Assembly (NCBI GenBank): GCA_040437565.1
Contig: JBDOQK010000049.1
Coordinates: 186,001-250,000 of the forward strand
Direction: 5' to 3'
Length of the DNA: 64,000 bases
DNA from: Albugo candida
Lineage: Eukaryota
Shown here: positions 1 through 13,763 of the stretch, one piece after another
Layout of the letters: every line of letters starts with the position of its first letter
Position numbering within the stretch: position 1 is the first letter of the stretch
Notes under the pieces: model-generated
What the model saw: only the letters and a program-made list of their open reading frames with translations
What the model was told of the DNA's origin: nothing
Databases searched by the model: none
Made by a program: the position numbers and the translations under genes

Positions 1-471
1 GTTTCCCATGTGTTGACACTTCCCGGTATACAGAAACCAAATGTGAAATCAAAGCTCTTAATGATTTTGTCTCGGAAATAATGTCGTTCAATCATACGAA
101 GTCCTCGAATTTCTTCATTTCCGACCGAAAATTTGAGCTTTGTCACAATCGACGGAAGCCGCAGCACATCTTCAGAGAAATCATATCGGATCGTTCGATA
201 TTTTGATTCTCTATCGAGCGTGAAACTGCTGCCAGGTATGGCACTCCGAGCATCGTCTTTGCCGATTTTAAAGAATTTTCGCTTGGATTCGTAATCAGCA
301 ATGGAAAATCGGAGAAACTTGATGCCGTAAGTATTCGCATCCAACGAGCATAGGAATTCTACTCGATTTCACTCATAGCCGTAGTAAAGAATTTAAAGAA
401 GAGATCCTCGTACCTTTAGTTGGAGCCGTTAAGCGCAACACATCTTCAGGTGTGTAAGATTGTCCAGACAT
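1..471 (-). CDS. UNC119: UNC119 (PDE-delta/UNC119 fold myristoyl-cargo carrier), 3' end runs off the window
   Basis: Manual translation. Exon 1 471-414 gives MSGQSYTPEDVLRLTAPTK; GT-AG intron 413-359; exon 2 358-1 gives EFLCSLDANTYGIKFLRFSIADYES...RTIRYDFSEDVLRLP...LRMIERHYFRDKIIKSFDFTFGFCIPGSVNTWE. RMIERHYF and SFDFxFGFCIPxSxNTWE are UNC119 hallmarks. Not in the ORF track. Confidence 0.95.
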
Positions 472-844
472 TATCCGGCACTCGACGTATGATATGATCC
501 TAAACAGCCGCACACAAGGGGTACATCAGAAATGCAAGCACTGACTGTTCAGAATCATCAAATAGGAAGCGACTCTGTGGCATCTCGAATCGATACTTTT
601 GTGCGTAAATACTATACTATTAATGATATTGCTCTAAGTGTGCGTTTCGACACATTTGCTATAGCTCATAGTCAATTATAGCTCATCATATACTTGTATT
701 GCATCTTGCTTTATGTTCTTCATCCTCTCATCCAGATGCATCGATGAAGATGCTGAGTCAAGATGCGGTGTCTGAATAACTCAATGTGGACATCCTTATT
801 TTAGGTTCGATAGGTAGCAAATGTAATTTTTACCAATTATTAAT

Positions 845-2152
<1,308 letters not shown>

Positions 2153-3075
2153 TCGTTTGCAATTGCTAAAAGAGAAATGATACATACATCAGGGCATCGC
2201 TATGAGAATTGAACACGATGGGACGACTTCTCCAGTTTCGTTAGAATACTTGCGTCAGGCTGACGCGGTCAGAGTACAAAGGTGCCAACTGAAGTAAGTA
2301 TTGCAGCGACTTTTTCGACTTGATTCTCTTGAAATCTATCAATTTTCTCTCCTCTCTGGCTATGCTGCCGTATGTTACTGCACTGACACAAGTCATGATA
2401 GGAGCGGAATAACCAAGTTGACGTCTCTGTCCATTCAAACGATCACCTAGTTACCAGCTTGTAACACACCCCTCAGGCCCATTACTCAGTGTTCTCGACT
2501 GCACAAAGGATAGGAAAAACGTTTTGATAAAACGTTTCTTTTACTTTCAAAGCCCGCCGATCTGTAATATCATTAGCAATATTTTTGCTTAATTTACATC
2601 ACCATAGAACTGAAACGATCGAAGAAATGTAAAATCCACGAGATATAAATTTGCACGTGTGAAACATCGTAGCGATTCGAAACATCCCAATAGTGCCTTG
2701 TATCGGTCAAGCGAAAAGCCATACGTTACTTCGCTCTACGGCCAGTTTCGACTGGAGTAATCATTCTAGTATACACTCGTTTCCATACTTCTTTTNNNNN
2801 NNNNNNNNNNNNNNNNNNNNNNNNNNNNNNNNNNNNNNNNNNNNNNNNNNNNNNNNNNNNNNNNNNNNNNNNNNNNNNNNNNNNNNNNNNNNNNNTTAGA
2901 ATAGCCGATTGAATAACGGAATGTGTTTTCTCGATATCAGCTACGCAGACACAGATAATCTCATTGATCGCATATCTCAATGCCTGTGAGCCTGAGCGGA
3001 TGGAAACGACTTTGTAATCGATTCTTTTCAAGTGAAACGCATTGGGTGATTGTCGCTATGCATTCACATCACAAT

Positions 3076-3771
3076 CTATAAAGACGGCAAGTAATGCAAA
3101 AGAAGCGACCTGAATGTCACGGTATCCCATATAAACGGTACAGTCCAAGCCCAGGAGAGCACAAGCGGTTGCAGCAGCAAGCCCGTCTTATCCAACACCG
3201 GTTTCAGCAATAATGTGATAAGTCTCTTTGCGAGGACTGCCTTACCGATAGCATTATCGATTTTATGACCCGTGTGTGCTGAAATCTCGGGCTTTCTCCA
3301 TTCTTGCGCATCGTTACTGCATTTTGTAAGCCGTTCGGCAAGGTGAAAATGCTTGGGACGACGATCGAATCCATACCAAGCTTGACGTTTCTTTTGGGGA
3401 ACTAGCATCTTGACAGACTCCAACATATTCTTTTGCAAGTTTGTAATGTGTTTAGACCAAGGTCTTTGCAACAAAACATCCGCCAAATAAACACAGTAAG
3501 CATTTGGTTCCTGGACGAAAGTATATACAAGAGGAACATTGCTGACGCGCACGTGTCGCTCAGATGTATCAGTTTCCGGGAAAGTTTGTTTGTGGTCGCA
3601 AAAATCGATTTTTTGGCAACCACTACTAGTACTGTATTTTCTATCACGCAGATAAATTTGCTCCAAGCTTATCGGTGCAAAAGCGTATTGCTTAAAGGAA
3701 CTAAAGCTCATACTCACTAAGAGGGACAATATAAAGCTCGAGGAGAAAGGAGACTTATCAGGGAGCATCAT
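3076..3771 (-). CDS. Unrecognised protein (231 aa) with hydrophobic N- and C-terminal segments; may be exon 2 of the upstream secreted ORF
   Basis: Intact ATG ORF; hydrophobic FILSLLVSMSF near the N-terminus and LLLQPLVLSWAWTVPFIW near the C-terminus; in frame with the 4557-3787 ORF; no domain recognised. Confidence 0.5.
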   Translation of the reverse strand: MMLPDKSPFSSSFILSLLVSMSFSSFKQYAFAPISLEQIYLRDRKYSTSSGCQKIDFCDHKQTFPETDTSERHVRVSNVPLVYTFVQEPNAYCVYLADVLLQRPWSKHITNLQKNMLESVKMLVPQKKRQAWYGFDRRPKHFHLAERLTKCSNDAQEWRKPEISAHTGHKIDNAIGKAVLAKRLITLLLKPVLDKTGLLLQPLVLSWAWTVPFIWDTVTFRSLLLHYLPSL

Positions 3772-3786
3772 GTCTAAATGTTACTA

Positions 3787-4557
3787 TTATCTTAAATCGA
3801 TGCGAAGGCGCCCTTTAAAAACTTTGTGCAAGCATAAGCTGTTAGCTATTTTGTCAACCCATGTATCCATACGATCATAATTTTTCACAAAATGGATCTG
3901 GCGTTTTTGTTTTGATTTGATGAAACTGATCCGCAAGTTTTTAGGCAAATCCTTCCCAATGACGAGAACCCAATTTTTGCCTGTGGCTTTCTGAAGTCTA
4001 GGAACCGATATCGTCAATATTTTATGTGGCGTGATCATAAATTTACAGATCTGATAGCCATTTTTCCGCTTCAATATGATTCTCATAGGTGTAAGGAGTT
4101 GTGTCTTTTCACCAAACCGGAACTCAAGCACGTTGAAATTTGCCATATTGACCATACCGATATAGACATATTGCCATTTTACTTTCCAGGTAACGTCATC
4201 TACGACGTCCGCTGCCAACGTGGTATCGCGACCATTTTTATCGTTGAGTGAAAGTGTAAGATTTTTGCCATGAAATTCGTATCGAAAATTGTCACAGCCT
4301 TCACCTGATCCTTTTGGAGTGAGATGATATTTGGAAGCTTCTTGTTTAGTGGTGTCGAGAACATCCGAATTAAAGCTTTGATCGCAATGATAATTCCAGA
4401 AGTCACCATTTGTTTCAAGAGAAAATTTGACCGAGAAGTCCCGATTATTACGTGTACATTTCGTATCACCCTTAATAAAGCATTCACCGCTGACGGAACT
4501 TGAATGGATGAGCACTTGTAGCAGCACCAATAACAAAAGACGTAGTAGCGCACACAT
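3787..4557 (-). CDS. Putative secreted protein / candidate effector (256 aa)
   Basis: From ATG 4557: MCALLRLLLLVLLQVLIHSSSVSG is a typical signal peptide, followed by four Cys in the first ~65 mature residues. No canonical RXLR-EER, CHXC or CxxCx5G motif. Confidence 0.7.
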   Translation of the reverse strand: MCALLRLLLLVLLQVLIHSSSVSGECFIKGDTKCTRNNRDFSVKFSLETNGDFWNYHCDQSFNSDVLDTTKQEASKYHLTPKGSGEGCDNFRYEFHGKNLTLSLNDKNGRDTTLAADVVDDVTWKVKWQYVYIGMVNMANFNVLEFRFGEKTQLLTPMRIILKRKNGYQICKFMITPHKILTISVPRLQKATGKNWVLVIGKDLPKNLRISFIKSKQKRQIHFVKNYDRMDTWVDKIANSLCLHKVFKGRLRIDLR

Positions 4558-5302
4558 TCGGTTTGAAGGTTGTTTCGACGAGAATTCGAAAGTGATCAAA
4601 ATGAAGAGCGCAAAAAATCAATGCCAGAAAGCCAGATTTTATTTAGCGACAGTCTCTTATTGCCGTAAGCGTCCAGGGACCAATCAAATATCATATGACT
4701 TCCACGTATGGCTTCAATACCTTGATTCCACTACAACAAGACGAACAGAAATCACGTAGAAGTTGCACTACCAAACTGACTACAATGATACTGTTAGCCT
4801 GTAATCAATCTCGAGTTCCTTCCAGCACAAAATCACAGCGAGATCAACGCTATGTTGCAGTGCTTTCGATGTTATTCTAAATTGCAACTATCTTTCTGCG
4901 ACAACAGATCGTGCAATAAACAATACCGCTCAGCTGGGCTCTAGAACGCCTTAAATTTCTAGGCGTACTTTCTCCGTGTTGGTACAAAATCACAAGGAGA
5001 TGAACGTGTGCTTCAATAGTGTCGTAAAGTTGTGCCGCAAATAAATAGCTGACTTGCAGTAATCACAATTTCGCAACCTGACTTCGCTTTCAAATATTTT
5101 TCTTCCTATTTGCTCGGTACATCACGAATCGTCTCTTGTAGCATGCATGTCATGTGTACAAAAATGTTCCTTTCCTCCTTGTTGGGGGATCGAATATCGA
5201 TGATTCCTGGAGTATCAAGGTAACTTAGCTGTTCTGTTAATTTGATAGGCTCGCTGAGAGATTTTATCGTGTCAAGGGTATGAGGAATCGTCATGGTGTC
5301 AA

Positions 5303-7294
5303 TTGATCAGACGTCGGACGGACCAAAAACAAGCTCCAACTTTGCAGTCCACCTTCTGCCCTGAGAGAAAGACGAGAAGTAGTAGTCGAGTAATGGTGTG
5401 CGAGATAACACATGAAAATCCTGAAATGCTGAGACTAAGATCGTCGTTTGATGAATATAAAGCCGGGTCAGTAATTTTGTTCTACCAGAAGCCTTTGATA
5501 GATATATAGGTGGTCACGGGAGAGGTTATGTCTGAGTTTGTTGTCGGGTAGTGCTACTTGATGAATTCTCGAGTTGCGCTTTGTATATCGCAATATACAG
5601 TCGACAATCTGCAACACACAGGCTATCTCAACCTCCGAATGAGATTTCTACAACCAAAGTAAGTGTCTAACTGTTTCACTAGCATAAAAAATCAATGGGA
5701 CTGCCCAGTATCGTTGCGTATTTGCCATGTATCAAATCAATATGAATCGTAGCCAATGCAGGATGCAATGATTGTGAGGAAAATTTCTGTAGTGTATCCA
5801 CGAGGAAGATTCTTGCCATTAAATCAATTGAAGCGGAGTCTCTGATTTTGTTTCATGTGAAATTATGGTTCTTGCGCAATTATTCTGTCGATTTTCGATC
5901 CACTTGGTGATTGAAAGCTACGCCTGTACAGTATCCATCTATGGGTTCTCACGGGTAAAATGGAAGAAACTGCTAACCAATTAGGGTATCCTTGAGGGCT
6001 ATAACGCACTAAATTGCTGCGACATATTGCCGATGCCTTCTGGTTCAATCGGAGATGACGTTTTGCGTTAATCTTGAGCGAAATTTCTCATTCAGTTTAC
6101 GTACGATCACTCAAGATCGACAATCGACTCGACAGTAGGCAGTAATTATCGATTGAGCTTCGCTGAGTTTGATACAGCCATACCAAAAGGTACGCACTTC
6201 TTGAACGTGGGGCGATCTTGTGCAAAGTTGGCATTGCATGCCGGATTCTTCCTCAGCAAAGGTTATAATATTCGATTGATCAAATTAATTGTCAAGAATG
6301 CACACACAATATTGATCGTTATGGTGCCAATGACGTTCCTTCTTGCATTGGAACTGGGATAAGCGAGGAGGAATGCATCAAAGTTGTCAACAGCTCTTAT
6401 TTTGCCATTTCTGAATTCCACTTACATCTTTCGTCATTGCTCGCAGACGGTCGATGGTCTTACCAGCAGATATCGATTCTGAAGCAGTATACTTACAAAC
6501 AAGAAGACGCTGCACTCTTTGACGATCTTTTAGAAAGCATTGTGAGTCACCGAATTTTCCAGCCGAGATGTGTATTCGATCTTGCTATAAGAAGAATATG
6601 ATATCTTCATCACTTCATTACATTACTGCTCTTCTATTTTCGACCACGAAACGTACCTCGAGCGCACCACACACAGCCGATAGCCAGAAATATACAACAA
6701 AACAACTATTCTGGAAGTGTTTGTCGAATGCATCTATTGACTCAACCTGTTCGTTACGCGTTGTACAAAATGACGGTACGTACTCACGCACCAACAAGAG
6801 CCAATTGGGCGTTGGGTAGAAGAGTGGTGAAATGATTTCAAGAGTGCAAATGCTATAATGCTTTCTTTTGGTAAGCATGCATCGCTCCCCAAAACGCTAT
6901 CGAGAAGAGAAATCGAGTGCGGATCATGCGGTGGTGATGAAAACGGAAAAGAGCAAGAGGATTGTCAAGAGCAATGGTGAACGAGCCTATGATCTCATGG
7001 ACGAATAACCAGGCCGCCGTCCGTCAGTTGTTTCAACGAAGCTACTCCAATCAAGGCCACACATTGACTGCGGATGACTTTCGCCAAATTTCAAACGATC
7101 AAACAAACTTTCGCAGCATGGTACTTTCACAGCTCGAACTTGATGGCCGACTTGCATACAAAGGTGTTTCCGACATCAAGGTTTCTCTAGTTCGGAGCTT
7201 CAAGGAAATGCAAGATGGACGATGCAAGTTGAAGATGGCACCTATACAAGTGAAACTTGAAGGAAAGACTCTTGGAAGCACTTTAATTACGTGA
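5303..7294 (+). pseudogene. Possible decayed Cys-containing lineage-specific gene
   Basis: Colinear + strand frame segments broken by isolated stops and frameshifts (5303-~5750 stays in one frame across three stops); CxxC pieces GCNDCEE near 5761 and NCQECTH near 6290. Confidence 0.3.
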
Positions 7295-9620
7295 TAACTT
7301 TTTAGTCGTATCTTAATGAAGGTGGGAAATATTATAGGCATGAATAAGACAGCTTTCATTCAATCCGATGTCCTCCTTACTCCTCTGCCAATACGATATG
7401 GTTTCACTACTCGGTCACTCGTACTTTAGCGCATTCGCTCGACGATTGATATCATTAGCTAGATCCAACTAAAATGAACTCACACGAATCGTTTAACAAT
7501 CTTCCGAAGCAGCCAAATGTTATCCCATGTTATCCCATTGGTCATCGAAGAGAGATGGAACGCAACGATTCAAAACGTGTCCGAACTCTCTATGTTTGCA
7601 TCACAAAAACGTGACCTTCCGATTCTTGAAAATTCTTAGTTTCGTCTGGCCTTGACGATGCTGCCAATTTGATGTCAGTGATGTAGATGAAGAGTATATA
7701 TCCGGCATTACCATCTGCAGTCATTCTTCTTGAGGAGCAGTAAAATGAGATAAACATCTCTTTTCATAGGGAGAATCCATGGCACAATAGTGGTAGGAGC
7801 TACTCCCGACTTGACATCAATTTTATCCATCCCAATTACGTTGGACAAACGTTGTCTGTGCTATTATGCGGATGGTACGGTCGGAGGCAAATTACCATCA
7901 GCGAATGATATCTGAATTTTGGCTCACCTTGCAGGTAGTGTTGATGCACGTCGTCTGGAACGATTAATACTGTCGCTTGTTCGATCAGCGATCCATAACT
8001 TCGATAATTTCAGCACTCTCCGTGATCTACTGATGTTCGATACTTTCGAAGGCAGTGTTACAACTAAGACACACGCATTCAGCTCGCCATAGTGCTGCAT
8101 TAACCCTCCTATCAAAGATCATTCTGTGTTTTTCAATGGCTTAAAAGTCATTGCCGCATGTACGGCATCAGCGAGTAGAATTAAAAGTGCGATTTCGATT
8201 CTAGTCCGCTTAGATGGCTGATGTTCAGCCTAGTCTGCTGAAGAACAAACTGTACCTTTTGGACATGATTTAATTACAGGCTAGAGGCAGCATAGTAGTG
8301 TCAGCAGTACATGTTATCAACCCGCATAGGAAATTCTGAGGCATTTACTAGATGTATATCTAGCAAGTAAGACAGCGGAGACATTTCGAAAAGTCCGCTC
8401 GTCTAATCCTAGTATCATAGACACATACAACTTAGTATGATCTATGCGTGATCAACGCAGGTGTTCCAGATTACAGCTACGTTAACAAAATCAAGGATTT
8501 ATTCTAAAAGAACAATTCTCGAATCGGTACAAATCGTCTCGGGCATATTGTCGTGGGGTGAGTTACCATTTGATGTAGGTGATGATGCGAGATGTTGGAA
8601 GCGCCTCCCAATGCGGGAACCAGAAATTAAATGTGTGTTATTACCAGAATGGAAGCCATTTAATGCACTCGAACATGACTTTGTAACGAAGGCGCACTGG
8701 TGGCTGCAATGAACAACCTGATCGCAACTTCACGCGTGCATCGCAATACCGAGCGAAGGCAGAAGCCTGCAAGAACTGAGTGAACCAAGCTTTATGGCAG
8801 GTTCTTTGTCCGCAGTCGTATCATCATATAATTATGCAAGAGAGCGAAACCAGATGTAGCTTAGCCTTACTGCAGGCTGTTTATGACTGAGCTTTCCGAG
8901 CACGAAGAACGAGCATTCATTGACTTCTTGTTTTTCACAGTTGAATGCGCATGAATTAGACTTGAAAGGCCACAAAAGAATTCAAGTGCCTCCAAAACTC
9001 ATATCTCACGTGATGATCTTTGCACTGTGGCGGTTTCTCTCCTTTCCACCAAAGTTTCATAAATCAGCTTTCTAAGCTCAAGCTTTCTTCCGGATTCCTT
9101 TAACTTCCGTCCTTCCAGAGGTGATAGGTGCTTCCGATTACTTTTCTTCTACTCGTGAGCTTGCTCTCATAATAACACTCCACATTCCTGATTGAGCTCT
9201 GATAGTTTGCCTAATAGGTCTTTTTCGTATAAATTTGCAGCAAGGTAGACCAGCTTTCATAGACACATAATAGAACGTCACAATCTAAGAGACCATGCAA
9301 TAGCAAGACATTCTCTCTAGGGAGCGCGCCATACAACCAGTCTCATTTTGTAATGAGGTACTTTGAAGACATTAAAGGAATAACCTAGTCTTGCTGTGCG
9401 TCACTCTAAAGGTAGTCTGGATCGAGCCAGCTACTGACTCGTTTGCGAGACGTTAAGCCCGACAATTGCTTTGGTCCACATGTCATTGTGTATATAAATG
9501 CTCATAGGATGATGGATACATTCATTGCAAAAAATCATCGTCACAACGATGCGAGCATTTTCATAGAAAATACGGGTGTTTGTGTGCTTGAACATGCCCG
9601 CATGACATTTCGTCCTTCAC

Positions 9621-12535
9621 TCATTTCTTCACTCTTTTACAGTTTGGCGACTGAAAAAGCGCCAAACGCTCCAAACCCAAATGCTCCTTCGTTTTACTAC
9701 CAGCTGCCATGCTTTCATGATGAGAATCGCTACGCTCATTTTTAACGGTAGTTTTCGCAAATGGATTGGGGGGCGCCACAGCCTGAATCGGCAAACTGTC
9801 TTCGTGGTGCGGAATGTTGCGATCACGATTTTTCACAAGCGGTCTTGAAACGCTCGGCTTTTGATACGCTTTACGCTCTCCGCTTGGCTCAGACACCATC
9901 AGCTCCGAGACGGCAACGTCCGTCGCGCCAGAAGAGAACGATTCCGATCCTTTAAATTTGATCAAGTACAAGTCTTGTAAACGCTTCAGCAAGTGGTGAA
10001 GACCAAAATGGTTCACAACCTTCTCCGCGATTCGGTGAGATTTTTCAAGATGAAGACAGCGAGCCAAGTCGTAACATCGCGTCACGTCTTCGTTGACACA
10101 AGCTGTTTTCATCATCAGAATCAATACTTTATCCATCTCAGCTTGTTGTTGAGCTAGCTTTTCTTCCTCAACACGCGATGAGCTCATGGAATCAGATGGA
10201 ATTAGGATGCGATGATGGGTTCTTGCATGCTGCCAAATCAGATTCTGAGGAGATTTCTCAGTGTTGGATGCTTTTGTTAGTGGGAAGGTAGCCGTTGTAA
10301 GTGCAAACGTGCTCGGTACCGGACGTAATTGACCACGGAAACGAGGTGCTTTTTGTCCTCGTTCGATCGGAATGTAATATAACTTGTCGTCATTGACGCC
10401 TAGCGAGAAAACACCAAATCGATCCTTTGGCGACTTGTCCATCGCATTACCGATGCAGCCGATAGGAATCCAATGCCATCCGCTGGACGCACATAATGCC
10501 TGTACACAGCCGATAGAATCGACAGTATACAGAATCTCATGCTCATCAAAACCGGCCCATTCCAGGGTCCCATGTTGCATATTCTGTCGGCGTACTTGTT
10601 CCTTTTCATCTTTTTGTGCGTAAGCATCAAAACAGGGTGGAGAAGAAGGGTAAATTCCTTTTGTAACACACTGCACGCGACATCGATCGTTCCAAACTCG
10701 TATCGAGAGTAATTCAACTTCAAGTCGCTCATTGGGACCTTGTGTAAATATTCCAAGCATCTTTCCACGTGCTGTCATTGTGACAACGCGACCTGGGAGT
10801 CGAATCAGCGCGTATTCGAGTCCACTGGTTGTGAAAATCCAGAGGCAGTGGAGCGAAGTTGCTACTGCACAGAACTCACTGCTGCAAGCAATGCATTCGA
10901 CTTCTTCTAAATGCGAGAATTGATGATACCAGGAGCTATTATTTGCCCATGAATGAAAGGGATGGTAGTATACAATACTACAGATATAACCTTTTGCTTC
11001 GTCATCTCCTTGTAAGCGCTGGTTTATGGAAGCTTCTTGATCGTCTTCATCGAGTACGCGATGCGGAGCAGCAAAAAATGCCCCATTCTCATCCATAGAC
11101 GCCATTGTAAACCGATAATTGTCAGTTAGTTTGATATTGCGCGCTGACCTGTCGACAAATGTGATTTTGATCAAATCGCGAACGTCTTCCTCATCAACGT
11201 GCGCCGAAAAGCTTTCAATTTCACCCAACAAATTCCATTGCAAAAGGTTGACTGGACCATGCGATACAGCGTTTGGCTGAAACGGAGACTGAGATTTTGA
11301 AGCCGTGGGCGGCTTGGGAAGCACTTTATCATCTGAATTATTCTCAACATTCGACCCAAAACCGAAACTTGCCTTGATCGCCTCCACGCGGGATTCATGG
11401 TCATCAGGCTCTAAAATATCTTCGAACACTGTACAAATGAAGGCGTTGAAACATCGGTTGAGAGTAGCGCTGACGGCAAATGAGATGGAATTACATCTGC
11501 AATCAGTACAACTTTCCCGCCAGCATGGTACACAACTAATGTGTTCTGTGTAGACGACCATTTTAATGCCAAAGCCTCATACGCCAACGTACAAGAGCGG
11601 ACACATGTTCTCAAAAAACGTTCTTCGGAGGCTGCTGACTCTACTGTGCGAAGATTCCACACTAATACTTCTTTTGATCCAGTACAAGCTGCAAGGTATT
11701 GTCCGTTCGGAGAGAAAGAAACAATGTGAATATCGGATAATGCAGCACTGCCGGCTGGTACCATCAAAGACAGGAAACGCTTCCACGAATTTCTTTGATA
11801 CACTTTGATTAATCCTTCTTTGCTCTGCACAGCTAATGAATCGCCCTGAGGGTGCCATGCACAGCGCAATAACACTCGGTCATCCTTGATATTTGCAAAC
11901 TGAATCGGTATGCTAGCGACTTCTTTGGCTTCTAACTGCAAAATATCAAGCTCAAATATCTTCACAGTACCATCCATACTCGAAGAGCATACATATTTTT
12001 CCAAAGGATCGATAACCGCACTTTTCACGTTGTGACCATGTCCATTTACAGCAATTACCTGTTCTGTATTTCCTGCTAGAAGAACGTGAAACGTGGGGCT
12101 GTCTGACACGATTGCAATTAGATTTTCCGAGCAATTTACTTGTCTAATTGTACACGTGGATCGAAACAAGAGTTTGTTCATTTTTGCATGCGGCGGTAAA
12201 GTGTACTCATACGCACAGTTCTCATTTTCTGATACAATTATTACTTTCGACTGCGAATTCAATACGGCCACAGAAGTGATTGCTCCATCTAATACAATCT
12301 CATCGGAAATAGACTCAATTACATTTTGGCTGTTCAGATTAGTAAAGTAAATAATGCCGTCCTCACCACATGTTGTGATGATCTCATCTGACTCGCGAGT
12401 TTGATTTACACCATTTGCATCAAAGTACACACGATTTTCCGTCGTGTTTTTCACCGTGAAAATATCCATGTCCCCAGTTCCATTGATATTGACTGCGATC
12501 TCTTTCATCGCGAATGCTTGTTCCTGCCGAGCCAT
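9621..12535 (-). CDS. WDHD1: CTF4/WDHD1 (AND-1/Mcl1/SepB) replisome hub
   Basis: 12535-11411 encodes WD40 repeats (GHGHNVKSAVIDP, VSFSPNGQYLAA). 11561-9621 encodes a SepB domain: QSPFQPNA, LLQWNLLGEI, YHPFHSWANNSSW, helical tail MDKVLILMMKTAC...RCYDLARCL. The two ORFs are in different frames and the junction near 11400-11540 is unresolved. Confidence 0.9.
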
Positions 12536-13763
12536 TTTGCTATTGTTATCGAAATAGTAGCCTATCGATTACTATGACTGTGAGTCACAAATCCGTGATT
12601 TATGTGCTGTTACTTTACATTCTCTCGAACGTTATGTAGTCAGACCGAAGCGTTTATGCTAGGAATGTGTTTATGAGTAGTGCATGCAAACCAGATTTCT
12701 TTATATTTAGTACCGTGAACGATATCGACGAAGTATTGATGCAGCCTGATGTGACTGGTAGACCGCAACGCTTAAATGAATTAGAGTAATTGTATTTGTC
12801 ATTCCTTTCTATATATGGACAAGGCTGAGAATAGTCACATAATAGCAGTTGTAGTGTTCGTGTCTGTATCAGATGCAATAGCTTGATCTCCTACGATCCC
12901 TACTGAGTGTTTTGGCATTTTTTGTCCAGAAGTCAACTACTCTTTTAGCCCTTCTTGGCATGCGAATGAGTAGCTTGATGTTTAGACTATATAGATGACA
13001 CGTTGACCTCACTGCGATGCGAGATGGGTGCTCAGAGAGGAATTTTATCTAGTGTTGTGGATAAAAAGATCTCGACACAAAACGTTGGTAGCAGAGGATA
13101 CGAGATGAAAGCAGTATAAGAATCTTGCAGTTGATAATCGCATATGATTGAGATCGGTGCGTATGTCTGAATTGATCTCCTTACTTCGACCAAAGAATAA
13201 GAACGACGTCAAGTATTTCGTGTGCCTAAGACGTAGCATATGTACGTAGAAGATGGCACATGACGTGGGTCATTGAGCCGATAACATACAAGACAGGATG
13301 GAACCCCTTATCAAGCAACAGTGCTTACCAGATCACCACACATCAAGTAGGAGTTCATAAATGGGCTAGATAGATTACACAAAAATGAACAATGCTCTGA
13401 AAGGCTTTCATCCTAAAATGTCCTCGTAAGTGTTACCGATACGCACCTTACAGTGCTGCTAGTGTGTAAGAGAACTTCTCATAGCTCAAAGAATCGTCCA
13501 TGGTGACAAATATAGTGTACAATCGCCACGTAGAGCTGTAGAAGTCTCGCGGATGCGATGAGAGTAACAAGTGGATTCATTAAAATGGCAAGAATGAAAA
13601 CTAGCAAACCAACGGCACCTGTCAATTCGCGATATGCTACCTCGCAAGTACTCGAAGAAATGTTTTACTTTGTGTTTTGAAAGGCTTTGAGGCTCATCCA
13701 TAGGTCAAGCGCTCACGTTCGTTTTGTATCTGCGGGATGTATTGCTTTCCTGAGACTTGACGT

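Noticed and set aside
3787..4557. RXLR effector call
   Set aside because: RNNR after the signal peptide is not RXLR and there is no EER.
11513..11520. E2F-like TTTCCCGC in CTF4
   Set aside because: It lies inside coding sequence and is probably chance.
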